DNA of 64,000 nucleotides from Vitrella brassicaformis CCMP3155 (Eukaryota > Protista > Chromerida): assembly GCA_001179505.1 (NCBI GenBank), contig CDMY01000231.1, positions 62,001-126,000 of the forward strand, given 5' to 3'. Both the position numbers and the translations under genes were made by a program. Under the pieces are notes generated by a model that did not search any database, was not told the DNA's origin, and was given only the letters and a program-made list of their open reading frames with translations. Position 1 is the stretch's first letter; each line of letters starts with the position of its first letter. Shown here piece after piece: positions 10,871 through 22,116 of this stretch.

Positions 10871-11419
10871 GCGTTGCTCAAATGATTTGAGTTGGTTATT
10901 TGTGGGAACCATAGCGTGGGCGGCTGTGGTTTTCATCTGACTGACTGTCGATACGTGTACGTGAATGTGTGATGTGCCGTGTGGCCGAGTGGGCTGTGTG
11001 AGTGTCTGTGGGCCGAGTGCACGTACAACACTGATGGGATAAATGGATGGATGAGATTACGGTCGAGTGGAGTTCATGCCGCACTTTTCGCCTTCTTCGC
11101 TATTCGTCGGACTGAGTTACGTATTTGTGGGCTTCACAGACAGAGGTGCCTCCGTTTTCATTTGTCTGTCTCACTCATCTTCATACGCCTGCATGTGTGT
11201 GGTGAGTCGTGTGGCCAAGTGGGCTGTATGTGCCTTGTTTGTAAGTATGTTTGCATGAAGCACGCCCTGTGGATATGCAGACAGGATGGGGGGATGCATG
11301 GATGGGTGAGACACAATCAATGGGACACATTCACTTCACATTGAAGTCGATTGGATCACGCTGTGAGTCACCAGCACCAAGTACCTCCATCAAATGAGGT
11401 CCATCTGTCAGTCAGCTGG

Positions 11420-13685
11420 CTAGTGGTCGACCATCGCATCCGCCCCATGAGCCCCTCCCCCACTCACAGCAGCAGCAGCAGCAGCACCACCGCCACCGCC
11501 AGTGCCATTTAACAGACGATCAGACATGACTGCACACACACACAGAGAGAGAAGAGAGACACATGAACCGCGCGTGCGTGTGTCGTGCCCCCCTCTCTCT
11601 TTGGCTGACATGACGGCCTTGGTTCCTTCTCGTCATCTCCTGGTATGAGTGTGGTGATTGGCACCCACTCGGGCGGCTCCTGGTCGCCACACCGCCATGA
11701 TATCACCTGCAGAGAAGAATGCATCATGCAACATTCACCAATGGGTTTTCCTTCCCGTCCTCCTCCCCCCCTTACTGTTCCGTCATCTGCCGCTGCGGTG
11801 AGGACGGTGCCGGTGACGTTGAAGCACACACGCCATATCTGCACACATACAGCCCACAGTTGTCACGAAGCATGCACTGAATCACACAACGCAATGGGTG
11901 TGATCTTAGGCGGGTTCACCGGTCCCGGCGATATTTCGATCTTCTGCAGGATCTGGAGCAGCCACTTGTCGGACGCGCCGGCCACACCCGACTCTGCACA
12001 GACAGACACTCAACGAGAGATGCCTGCCTGTCGCGTACACACGCACACAAGCTTGTTGCTTCCGTGCATACCAGCCGATGGTGGCAAGATGGCCTCCGCC
12101 TGAGCAAAGGGGCGAGCATGAGATGCCCTTCTGTCGATGGGCGTATGTCTGCCTGGCTGTGTGCCTGCCCTATTACTGACCGGTGCGTTGGCCGATGTGT
12201 CTTGTTGTGGCTGCTGCTTCCACTGCCATATGTGCACCAGGGGCTCGTCCCCACAGGTGGCCAGCAGATCATACGGCCTGCATAGGCTGGGTGCCCACGC
12301 CACATCCTTCAGAGGGGCACTGCTCGCCTGCACACACACACACACACACACACACAGAGCACAACACAATGTAACGCACACGCACATCCCATCAGCCCAG
12401 CCATCGACCGGTCAGCCAACCTTTTGCTCTGCAAGCCTCGACCAGCCCCGCCCACTCCTGTAATGAACCACAGCAGCCAGCCATGCGGCGATCCAATCCA
12501 TCGCTGTGTGTGCCGCCCGCCATGCCATAGATCGATCCCCTACTCACTTGCCCCAGACGTCGAGTATGCCGTCGTTGCCCACCACGGCCAGTATCTGGTC
12601 CTCACTGTCGAAGTTCCACGCCAGCGCCGTGCAGCCTCGGGGGCAGTTGCTTCGCTTGTGACTTGTGAAGCAATCCTCCTGACCGATTGATTGAACACAC
12701 AGCTGCAATGTGTGGGTGGTGATGGCCGCCATTGTGTGCGTACCATTGGCCACGCCCCGAGCGAGAGGAGGTCTTGCGCCTCGTAGATGCGGACGCTGCC
12801 GTCGGCACTGCACGTGGCCTGATGCGTCGCGTGGGTGGTTGAGCATTCATCCATCACACACACACGTGCGCGCCTCGGCTCTCTGTTTGTTGGCTGACCA
12901 GTCTGAGTCCATGCTTCTTGGGCGAGAACTGGATGTCGCGTACGGGCATCTGACACGGATATTTCGACGCAGGCCACAATGTGACCGTAGGGCGATGACC
13001 GTGTGTGCGTTGGATCGATTCACTTGTGCGTCTGAGAGTTTCGCTCTCCTCTTCCATATGTTTGTCAGATCTGCCGGCGCGCCGACATTCTCAGCGTGGC
13101 CCTTTGGTCTGTATCTCTCCGACCAGATGCAGACAGTCCTGTCCTCCGAGCAAGTCGCAAGAACCTATCCGCCAACGAGTACCTCTGTAGGGCCCACACT
13201 TGCGTGTCTTCTCTTGACTCGACTCACCTGGCCGAACTCGGGATGCGCCCAGTCGACCCGCCAGATGGGAGCATCGTGAGCCTGACCACACACAGACGAT
13301 CTAACCCGTGCGTGCCGTGCCTCGAGACCACCCGTCGTACGCTCTCGATGTTGGCTGACTCATTCCACTCGCCGCTTCTCTGGTCGTAATCAAACACAAT
13401 GACCTTCTGAGATGACGAACACACCGCCAGCCGGTCACCTGCATGAGCGACGGAGGGAGAAGAGTCAAGTCATTCAGTGAATGAATGAATGAACGAGTGA
13501 ACGTTGTAGTGTATTAGCGGTTGGTGTGACTGTGCTTACCGTAGTAGTTGTATGTGATGTCGTGGATGTAGTCTGCTGACGTCGCCAGCCTCACTGTGAT
13601 GCTCTTGTCCAACCGCTGATAAATCAACACAAACGACAAGCAACGGACGAACGCTGTGATTGATTCATCTTCCTTTGCTGACCAT
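11420..13685 (-). CDS. SEH1: Nucleoporin / GATOR2 WD40 protein Seh1, full-length and multi-exon
   Basis: N-terminal ..SADYIHDITYNYYG|DRLAVCSSSQKV.., VRDIQFSPKKHGLRL, ATCSADGSVRIYEA, VAWAPSLCRPYDLLAT and WRVCFNVTGTVLTAAADDGT match Seh1/Sec13 WD40 blades. The YDLLAT and IHD..Y motifs favour Seh1. The first exon appears to supply only the ATG (13683-13685). Confidence 0.85.
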
Positions 13686-14323
13686 CCTGACGCGCGGCTG
13701 TATGGCGCTGCTGATCTTCTCACTTTTGTTTGTTTGTCGAATTTTAGCTCGCACGCCGATCGGGCGCTAAGGGCTTCTTTCCATCTTCCCTTCGGTGCAG
13801 TGCGGCTCAGCCTTACCTCTGCGGGCTTATGCGTGCGGATCATTCGAAAAAAAACACCTCAATTGCATCCACATTGGATGCAGTACGATCAATGCATGCA
13901 ACTGGATGTCCCCTCCTGCCCACCGCACGTCCTGCCTCATCGAAAACCCGTCGAAGCCAGCCGAAAAGGGGAATTCGCCTTTGGCTTGCCTTGTTTGCTG
14001 TATCTGCAAACGCCAAAGCAACCCAAGTGCAGCGTAGAGATAGAGAGGAAGAGGGATCGGGAACGGGAAAACGCGAGAGCAGCACAACGAGCCATGCAGC
14101 GCAAAACAGCGCACGTGATACGTCGGGAGGCCGTGCATCTTTCAGATGCTGGCCCACGCATCCCCACTGATGGCTTCCTTCCTTCGGTGCCCACACGCAA
14201 ACAAACAGCCACACACGGTGACTTACTAAGACATCCCCACCGGCCGCACACACATACGGCATCAATGGCAACTTCATTGGTTTGACGCCACTCATTCGAA
14301 TCACATCCCTCCCCTTCCACCAC

Positions 14324-15322
14324 CTACACTACTATGGCGTCACCAATTAGCACAGAGTCAGCGAGTTCGACGGGCAGCTTGCATGTCTCGGTCGATAGAA
14401 AGAACCCCACCTGAGCTGTGCTGACCGTTTCCGCGGTGAAATTGACCGTCAGGAAGGCCACCCCGGTCGGAGGCGGGTTCTTGATAAGCTCTTCGGAGGG
14501 CGCTATGAACACCTGCATTATACAGACGGAAACAAACGAGATGGGCAGCTAAACCGCAGGAAGACGCCTGGGTTCAGCTGCAAAGGCTGACCACGTCCTC
14601 GAAGGTGATTCTGTCCTTGTCAGTGTCGGCGTCGGACTCGCCAACCACTTCGTTCATGACCCCTTGGACAGTGATATCGACGTCGCCCACGAGGCTGAAC
14701 AACAAGGCAGACACGGACGCAAAGATGGACAGACCCAGGCGATAGAATCGATTTCCTGTGAATGAAGTGGAGTCGCTCGGTTTGTCCTCTTTCCCACCTG
14801 TTGGAAGCTATGACCAGCACGGGTTCTTTGATACCCTGGCAAGCAGAGCACAACAACAGCAGGACAGGGGTGACGCATACGCCCCCGCGTACGTACGTGC
14901 GTTCGTACCTCTGGTATGCTGTTGAGGGGCACAGTAACGTCCAGAATGACCTGTCGCGTCTTTTTGCCGACAAAGGCATTGACAATGTGCGGTTTCATAT
15001 TGCCCTCGAACGCCAGCGTTGCACAGATTTCCTCGTATCCATCGGTCTGCTCCGTCACTTGACTGACGTCGTCTTTCGTCAGCCGCGCAGCGCCAACCTT
15101 CTTGACGCTGCCTGCTGCGTCCCGCACAGACATTTTGACATTCTCTCTCCTTTTGAGGCTCTTGCCATCCTCCCTGCTTCGGTGGAGCAGCTCTATCTTC
15201 CCCCGGATGTCCTCGAGCTTCTCTCTCAATTGCAAGTTGGCGTCAAGCGGCGACGGAAGGGAGCTTTGCACCACCGGCTGAGCGAAGGCCGCAGCAAGGA
15301 GGAAGAGGGCCGTGGCACTCAT
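14324..15322 (-). CDS. Secreted hypothetical protein, possibly with a beta-sandwich (LEA2/Ig-like) C-terminal domain
   Basis: Signal MSATALFLLAAAFAQ; long open exon 14890-15322; further exons (LVGDVDITVQGVMNE..., VFIAPSEELIKNPP...GDAIVV*). Confidence 0.6.
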
Positions 15323-15391
15323 ATTTTCCCGGACGCACGCATTTACGCTAGCTACGCTGTTGCCAGACCGTTTGAGAAAACGGCAGCAAGA

Positions 15392-17460
15392 ATGAGGTCT
15401 TTCCCTGCTCTCTGCCTTGCCCTCGCGGCAACACAGCTGTTTGCGGGTGAGCACCACACTCACTCAACCACATTTGCCTGCCTGCTGATGTCTGTGTGTT
15501 GCTTGTGTGCAGCTGCGCAGGACAGTGAACCCAAAGTCCTGGAGCCCAAGGAGCAGGTGTTCCTTGTGGGCTCCATCAACGGCGAGAAACACCTGCACAA
15601 TGCGGCTCCCATCACCGTCGACCCCTTCCCCCTCCATCCCCCCGAGCCGCCCCGCACAGTCACCATCCTCTTCCAGCCAGACCCCGAGCACGCCACCAAA
15701 GAGCTCGAGGACATCCAAAGCGTCCAGTTCACCGTCAGGAATGAGAAAGGAAGAGCAGTCTACAATCGGACGACGTCCAGTCCACCGTTCTCCCTCTTTG
15801 CCCACGAGAAGGGGACATTTCAGGGTGCCTCGCTCGGCACCAAGACTCCCAGCACGCAGCTGAGGCGGAGCCTGCAGAAGGACGGCAACCATCACTCTTT
15901 CCTGCTGCAGGGGCGCCACACCCTTGAGGCGGCGGTGCTGCGGAAAGGAGACAAAGACCCCAAGGTCTTCACCGTCGATCTGAAGACGACGAACCACAGT
16001 GAGCCAGAGATGCAGACAGACCTACCAGCCTGCCACCCACCACTCATTCATGGATGGCTCTCTGTCCGTTGCGTGCAGGTAGCTCGTTGCTGACCCATCC
16101 CGGGATAAGTGGGATAGAACTCGAGAAGGAGACATCCGACGAGTGGTTCGGCTCTCTCAAGGAAGCGGCCACCAAGGCGGGCATCGCCTTCGGGTCCGCC
16201 ATCTGCCAGACGCCATTCGACCTGCAGGGCACACCGAGATGCCGATATGGCGGCGAGGGGGCGTACCAAGCCATTGTGAGAGAGGAGCTGGCTGTCATAT
16301 CGCCCGAGAGGGAGTGCAAGTGGTGGTTTACCCGGACGAGTGCGGACTTGGATGAAATCGACTTCACTGGCTGCGACGACATCTTTGACCTAGCCATCGC
16401 CAACAAGCAGCAGGCGCGCTTCCACACGCTCCTGTGGCACAGCGACGCCTTCTACGGCAACATCGAGGAGTGGCTTCACGCCATGAAGGCCGTCGACAAG
16501 AGAGCCCAGCTGATCGGCCACATTGAGAAAATGGTCGAGAGGTATCGGACGCCCAAGTACTCCAACATCATCGCATGGGACGTTGTCAACGAGGGTATGG
16601 CACATACGCACAACTTAGGTGTCTTGACGTCTGTTTGTCTGTGTCATGTGATCTGTGTGTGCAGCGATTGATGACGCGCAGGACGAAGCCGAGGTCAGGA
16701 GCGGCGGCTACAAGCTGCGTGACAGCATGTGGCATCCCGACCTCCCCGAGTATATCGACCTCGCCTTTGTTTACGCCCACAAGGCCGGACAGGCCGCCGA
16801 CGCCAAGCACAACTCCACCACGATGCCGCCCATGAAGCTCTTCTACAACGACTACTCGTGCGAGTCCACTGAAGGCTACAGCGGCACCAAATCGGACGCC
16901 GTCTACAACCTCTTGGCGGGCATGAAGAGACGTGGGGTGCCTGTCGCAGGGGTCGGCTTCCAGTCGCACGTCAACGGCGAGTACAGCTACTATGAGGGCG
17001 TGCGGAAGAACATGCGGCGTCTGGGCGAGTTGGGGCTGGAGGTGCAGTTCACCGAGCTGGATGTGGCCTGCGGCAAATGGGGGGTGGGTGCGGGGGACGA
17101 CCCCGGCTACACGCCCTGCAAGCAATCCGAATGGACACCGGAAAGAGAGCTGCAACAGGCGAGAGGGACCAGAGACAAAGCACAGGCGAAGACAGAGTCC
17201 ATGCGACCTCTCTCCATTTGTGCCTCTAGGCGGAGATATACCGGCAGTTTATGCGTGTATGTCTGGAAGAGCCCAACTGCACCGGCTTCATCACATGGGG
17301 CTTTGTGGACAAGTCATCGTGGCTCAACCGGGGCATGTATTCCCCTGACTGGCCGCTGCTCTTTGACTCGTCATACAAACCCAAGCAGAGCTACCTCGCA
17401 CTCAGAGAGGAGCTGAGGAACCACACGATAGCCGCGGAGAAGATGGGGCGCCGACAGTGA
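15392..17460 (+). CDS. Secreted GH10 endo-beta-1,4-xylanase with an N-terminal accessory domain
   Basis: Signal MRSFPALCLALAATQLFA; GH10 motifs HTLLWH, WDVVNE (acid/base Glu), KLFYNDY, GVGFQSH, FTELDV (nucleophile Glu), TWGFVDKSSW and PLLFD. Confidence 0.9.
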
Positions 17461-18021
17461 CGCCGGCCAGCGTCGTGCGTAGTGTTTGCGTCGCGTCAAG
17501 TGGTGCTGTGCTCTCTGACGGGCGACTTAGGCAGTGAAGTATTTTGTGGTGTTTTGTGTTTTGTGTGGCGGAGGCAGATATGAGACAAGACACCGAATGT
17601 CGGTGTCATTCCATCCACTGACTGTCGAACAAGTGGTTTTGAGCGAACTGGGGTCTCCTCGATTGCTGATTGGGCGGGGTGATGTGTGTGTGAGAGATCG
17701 AAGGTGTGCATGCGCCATGGATGAGACATCATCGCATTCACGATCGTTCAACTGACAGGTCGTCCGTTCATGTAATTAATGCGAACAAGCCGATCGGATC
17801 GCTGGATGGATGTGTGTCCGCCTTGCCTGCCTACCTGTGAGCATGACTACAGCTCTCACTTGACTGTCAAAGACCGCATTGATTGACAAATACTACAAAG
17901 AACGACAAAGGAAAGAACACATGCAGCGAACGAATGCACTGCAAACACATCTCCATCACCAAACAGAGGACAGCTCAGCTCAGCTCAGCTCAGCTTGGCT
18001 GCTGCTCATGTGTGCGTTCGT

Positions 18022-18885
18022 CTAGGAGCCGCCCTGCAGCACACGCTTCGACACCTTCCTGCACGTATCCCTCACACTCTGCACACACACGAGAAGACAG
18101 GCAGCCGGGAGAATGAAGACACCTCTCTGCACACACACATGTGTGGCTTCCTTCCTCCCGTACCTCCTTGAAGTAGCCATAGAACTCGTTCTGTGAGCAC
18201 CGGCCATAGCCACCCCTCCCCTCCCCGCCACACGTCGGCCAATACAGGCCCTCGGACCGGTCGATGCATGTGTTCAGCTGCACCAAGTAACACACCAAAG
18301 GCCCTAGGAAAGCAGCAGCCTGCGGCGCAAAATTCGGGCGGCATTGCTCCCGAACGTAGCCACAAGCAGTCGAAGCGATGCCCTTGGCGGCACTGTTGCT
18401 GAACTGGGTGCAGGGGTTGGAAGAGCTGCGGCAAAAGGGTGAGGGGTCACAGGACTGGAAGCACCGATAGAGACTCTGACCGGACAGCAGGTTAGAAACG
18501 CACTGCGAGCAGCACTTTCGTTGCTGCAGGGCGCGCCCGCTGCCCTCCTCAGCCTCAGCGTCCACCACCCCCACACAGCCGTCCTCGTCGCAGTCGACGA
18601 AGGCCTCGGCGGCCATGTCGGTGTCGTTTGCTGGTGAGGGGGGAAAGATGGGCTGATGCGCTGTGACATTCGGGGGCGGGACCGGCTGTTGCGATGGGAT
18701 GGGAGGGCTCGCCTCACCTACAGAGAAGCACACATGCGCAATAACATAGATAGATAGTCCACCCTCTTCATCCGGTTGTTACCGCTCGTGGATGTCGATT
18801 CATTCAGGGGTCGCCCGTGCGGCTGAGAAAGCACCGCTGCGATCAGACAGAGGAAGATAAACGGACACAGCGCACGAGTCACCAT
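18022..18885 (-). CDS. Secreted cysteine-rich protein precursor; exons 18885-18783, 18717-18164, 18078-18022
   Basis: Signal MVTRALCPFIFLCLIAAVLSQ, then RPLNE, a Pro/acid-rich pro-region, GRALQQ and a 14-Cys mature region ending KRVLQGGS*. Splice phases 1 and 0 are consistent. Confidence 0.8.
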
Positions 18886-19176
18886 TGCGGCGTAGCGAAG
18901 AGATCAAGCGTGACGGACAGGCAGGAAGGAAGCGGACGAAAGTGACAAGAGGCGGAAAGAACTGGAGGGATGGGCTGCGGTGATGCCAAGCGAACCGGCG
19001 GACTGCCAGCCTCAACGTCACGCCCCCTCAATCATTCCTTCTCTCAGTCCTTCATATCCCTCCTCTCAGTCCTTCCGGATCTCGGCTTTGGCCCAGAGCA
19101 ACCTGGCCAACCGTTGGTACGGTACAGTGTACAGAGCCTTTATGCGCGAATTCATCGAAGCCGGGCGTAGTGCTGA

Positions 19177-21645
19177 ATGTATGATTTTCACTCTCTCACG
19201 GCCCTGCTCGCGTACCTCGGCTTCTGGGTAGGCACACATGGCATGATTCGCACAGACACGCACAGCATCTGCCATGTGCGTGTGTCCAGGTGCTCGTGTG
19301 TCCCGGCAGCCTGCAGGGTGTGGCAGGGAAGCCTCGTCGCGATGTCCTCGACCCCCCGCTTGAGCTCGACTTCCCCATTCCCTTCGAGAACACCATCAAC
19401 GCGCTCAGAGAGAACAATGGCGCCACGAGGCTTGCAGAGTTCCTCGCCAACCCCCCACAGACGCCAGGAGAGAAAGCCGCGGCCACTCTCGAGGCGCTCA
19501 AGCCAGAGCCCTCACCTTTTCTCGAGTCCACCATCCCTGCGGTACGTTTGTCAGTCAATCGGGACACGCACGTGTGTGGCCTGGCCTGAAAGTGATGCGT
19601 ATTGGTGTGGTGCAGGCGTTCGATGCGATCAAGAACAAGGAGCCGCTGCCGACTGTTGTGCCGGGGCAGAAGCAGTCCATTCCCCCTCTGTCGCAGCTCA
19701 AGTGCAACCCCGCCATCAAGAACTGCACCGACATCGCCTCGCTCACCATCCCCATAGGCGTCACACTGCGAAACATCTACGACAACTCGCTTGTCGGAGA
19801 TGCGCAAAACGTCATCGGCACCTTTGTCAATGACTTATACGTACGTAAGCACACTAAGGGACGAACACTGTCCAGGGTCAGTACAGTACACGTCTCTTTG
19901 CCGCTATCAGAACATCACCGTGGCCAAGGCCTTGGGCATTCCCCAGCCGAGCACCGGCCTTGTCACGGTCAATGACGGCATCAAGCGGCTGCAGCTGGAC
20001 CCCATCTACCAGCGGCTATACGACACGGCCATTGCCGTGTCAACACAGACCACGGTCAACAAAACGGACCCCATCGTCCAGTTCCTGTCCAATGTGACGG
20101 AGTTCGTACTGTGGAATGCCTACCGGCGAGTCGACAAGGATGGCGAACTCAGGCTCGCCCGCGCGCAGCAGAAGAATGCCGTCTTTTCGGCCATTGCGTG
20201 TGCGGCGACCGGGAAGAAGCTGGCGCAGTGTGACAGAGTCCTGCCGACCAGCTCGCCTGATCCGATACTCTCCCTGCCTTTCAATATTTCGGACCCCATG
20301 TTCAACCTCGAAGCAGTTGCGGAAACACTTGTTTTCGACTTCCCAGGTGGGTGGGTGGGCGGCGGGGCGGGCCACACCAAGCACACCCACAATGCGTGTG
20401 TGTGTGTGTGCGTGTGTGTGTGTGTGTCCAGCGTGCGTGGAGGTGACGGGTCACAATCTGGCGTGCCTCAAGAATGCGGGCGGGCAGTGCGTGTCGGGGT
20501 CGGCCAATCTGCAGCCGGAGCAGTTCGACGCCGTCTACAGGCGAGACAGGGTACTGGAGGAGCAATTCGCGGAGGAGCTAAGGCGGGGTGAGATCCCGTT
20601 GAGGGGAGTTGTCTCGGACCCTGTTGTCGGTGTCGACTACGGGCCATTCTACACGGTCGGCCAATAGGATGCCAGCTGGCCCACAGCAACGGTGTGGGCG
20701 TGTCATGGTTTCTGTCTGTGGTGTGGATGTGCGCACACACAGGTGCCTGTGAAATTCCGGTCTTTCCCCAATGTGAAGCGGCTGGTGTTCGAGCCACGGT
20801 CTGTGGAAGTCAGCGGTGTCGTCGCTGCATCCATCGTAATATCACCACAAGACCCTTTCGACATCGCTAGGGTCAGTCAGTCAGTCAGTCAGGCGGCACA
20901 CAAGCTTGCTGACATACTCCTAGTCACTCATCCATTGATCGATGCAGGACCTCCCATCCGTCTTGTTCCCCGGCTTCCGGCCGCCCTTTACCTTCGCACT
21001 CCAAAGTGGGAGGGGGAGCGAGTGCCAGTCGGCCGCATCTCCAGGGGGCGGTGTCCCTAGCCCCGAGGTGTTTGAGGCCCTCGGATTCGAAGTCAGCCCT
21101 GTCCCGCTGGTGCCCATCACGCCACCCGAGTTCCTCAACGACACCACGAGCCCCATCGAGAAGGCATGCAGCTGCATCTGCGTAGATGTGCCGCCCACCT
21201 CGCCAGTCTTCGTGCCCGGCTGCATCCCCTGCGATGACGAATTCGACCGCAAGAACTGTGATGTGACGCTTGAGGGGCTGGCGAGTGTGCAGCAGCTGTG
21301 CGAGCGCGGGTCGCTGTACGAGAATGTGTTTAGCCGGATACAGCAGCAGGGCACTATCGGGGAGTGCAACGGGGTCGTGGAGCCCAACTTTTGCTTCTTC
21401 GACTTCGACATCGCGGCCAGGGGGATATTCGATGAATTAAAGTGTAACCAGACATTCGCAGCTCAGGTGTGTGTGGCTGGGTTGGTATGTGGGTGTGTGG
21501 GTGTGGACGCACGTTCCCTCGATCGTGCTCTCCGTGCGTGTGTGTGTGTCTTCAGTTTCCGCCTGAGCGGAATTCATCGTCATCAATGAGGACGCCCGAC
21601 GAAGCACTAAAGGCTTTCTTTAGCCGAATGGGGCGACCGGGATAA
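19177..21645 (+). CDS. Large secreted hypothetical protein with several Cys clusters (about 8 exons)
   Basis: Hydrophobic N-terminus MYDFHSLTALLAYLGFW|VLVC. Chain of open, spliceable exons (19290-19540, 19617-19840, 19911-20347, 20430-20657, 20743-20871, 20949-21466, 21557-21645; approximate). No family recognised. Confidence 0.65.
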
Positions 21646-22116
21646 ATAGACCACACGCACGTGTACGTAGTTTGATTCGATGTACATATTCACATACACA
21701 CATACATTCGTGTATTTGTTTGTATTGTCGACCGATGAGACAATCAATTCGACACGCCGATGGATCGATGGATGGGAGGATGTGACAAGGATCACACGGC
21801 AGGGATGATGCGAGCGTCTGACCATTCATTTAGTGGCGATCAGCGTTTTGATGTGATGTTTGATGTGACATTATATATCTGCTGTCGGTGAATCATTCAT
21901 TCATGTCACTCATGTCACGGATGCATCCGCCAGCCAGCCAGGTATCCCATCCCACCCCACACCACTGCACACCACTCCACTTCATTCCATCCATCAATCC
22001 ATTCCTCTCGATAAACACAACAGCAGGCAGACAGGCAGGCAGGCAGGCAGGCAGACAGGCATCCTTGCACGTATGCACGCATGTATGTCTCTCTCTCTCT
22101 CCGTCTAGTGGCTAGC

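Noticed and set aside
15824-15910. RRSLQ (an RxLQ motif) in the xylanase N-terminal region
   Set aside because: It lies in an 87-nt in-frame segment that ends in a strong acceptor and is probably an intron, so it was not counted as a cleavage motif.
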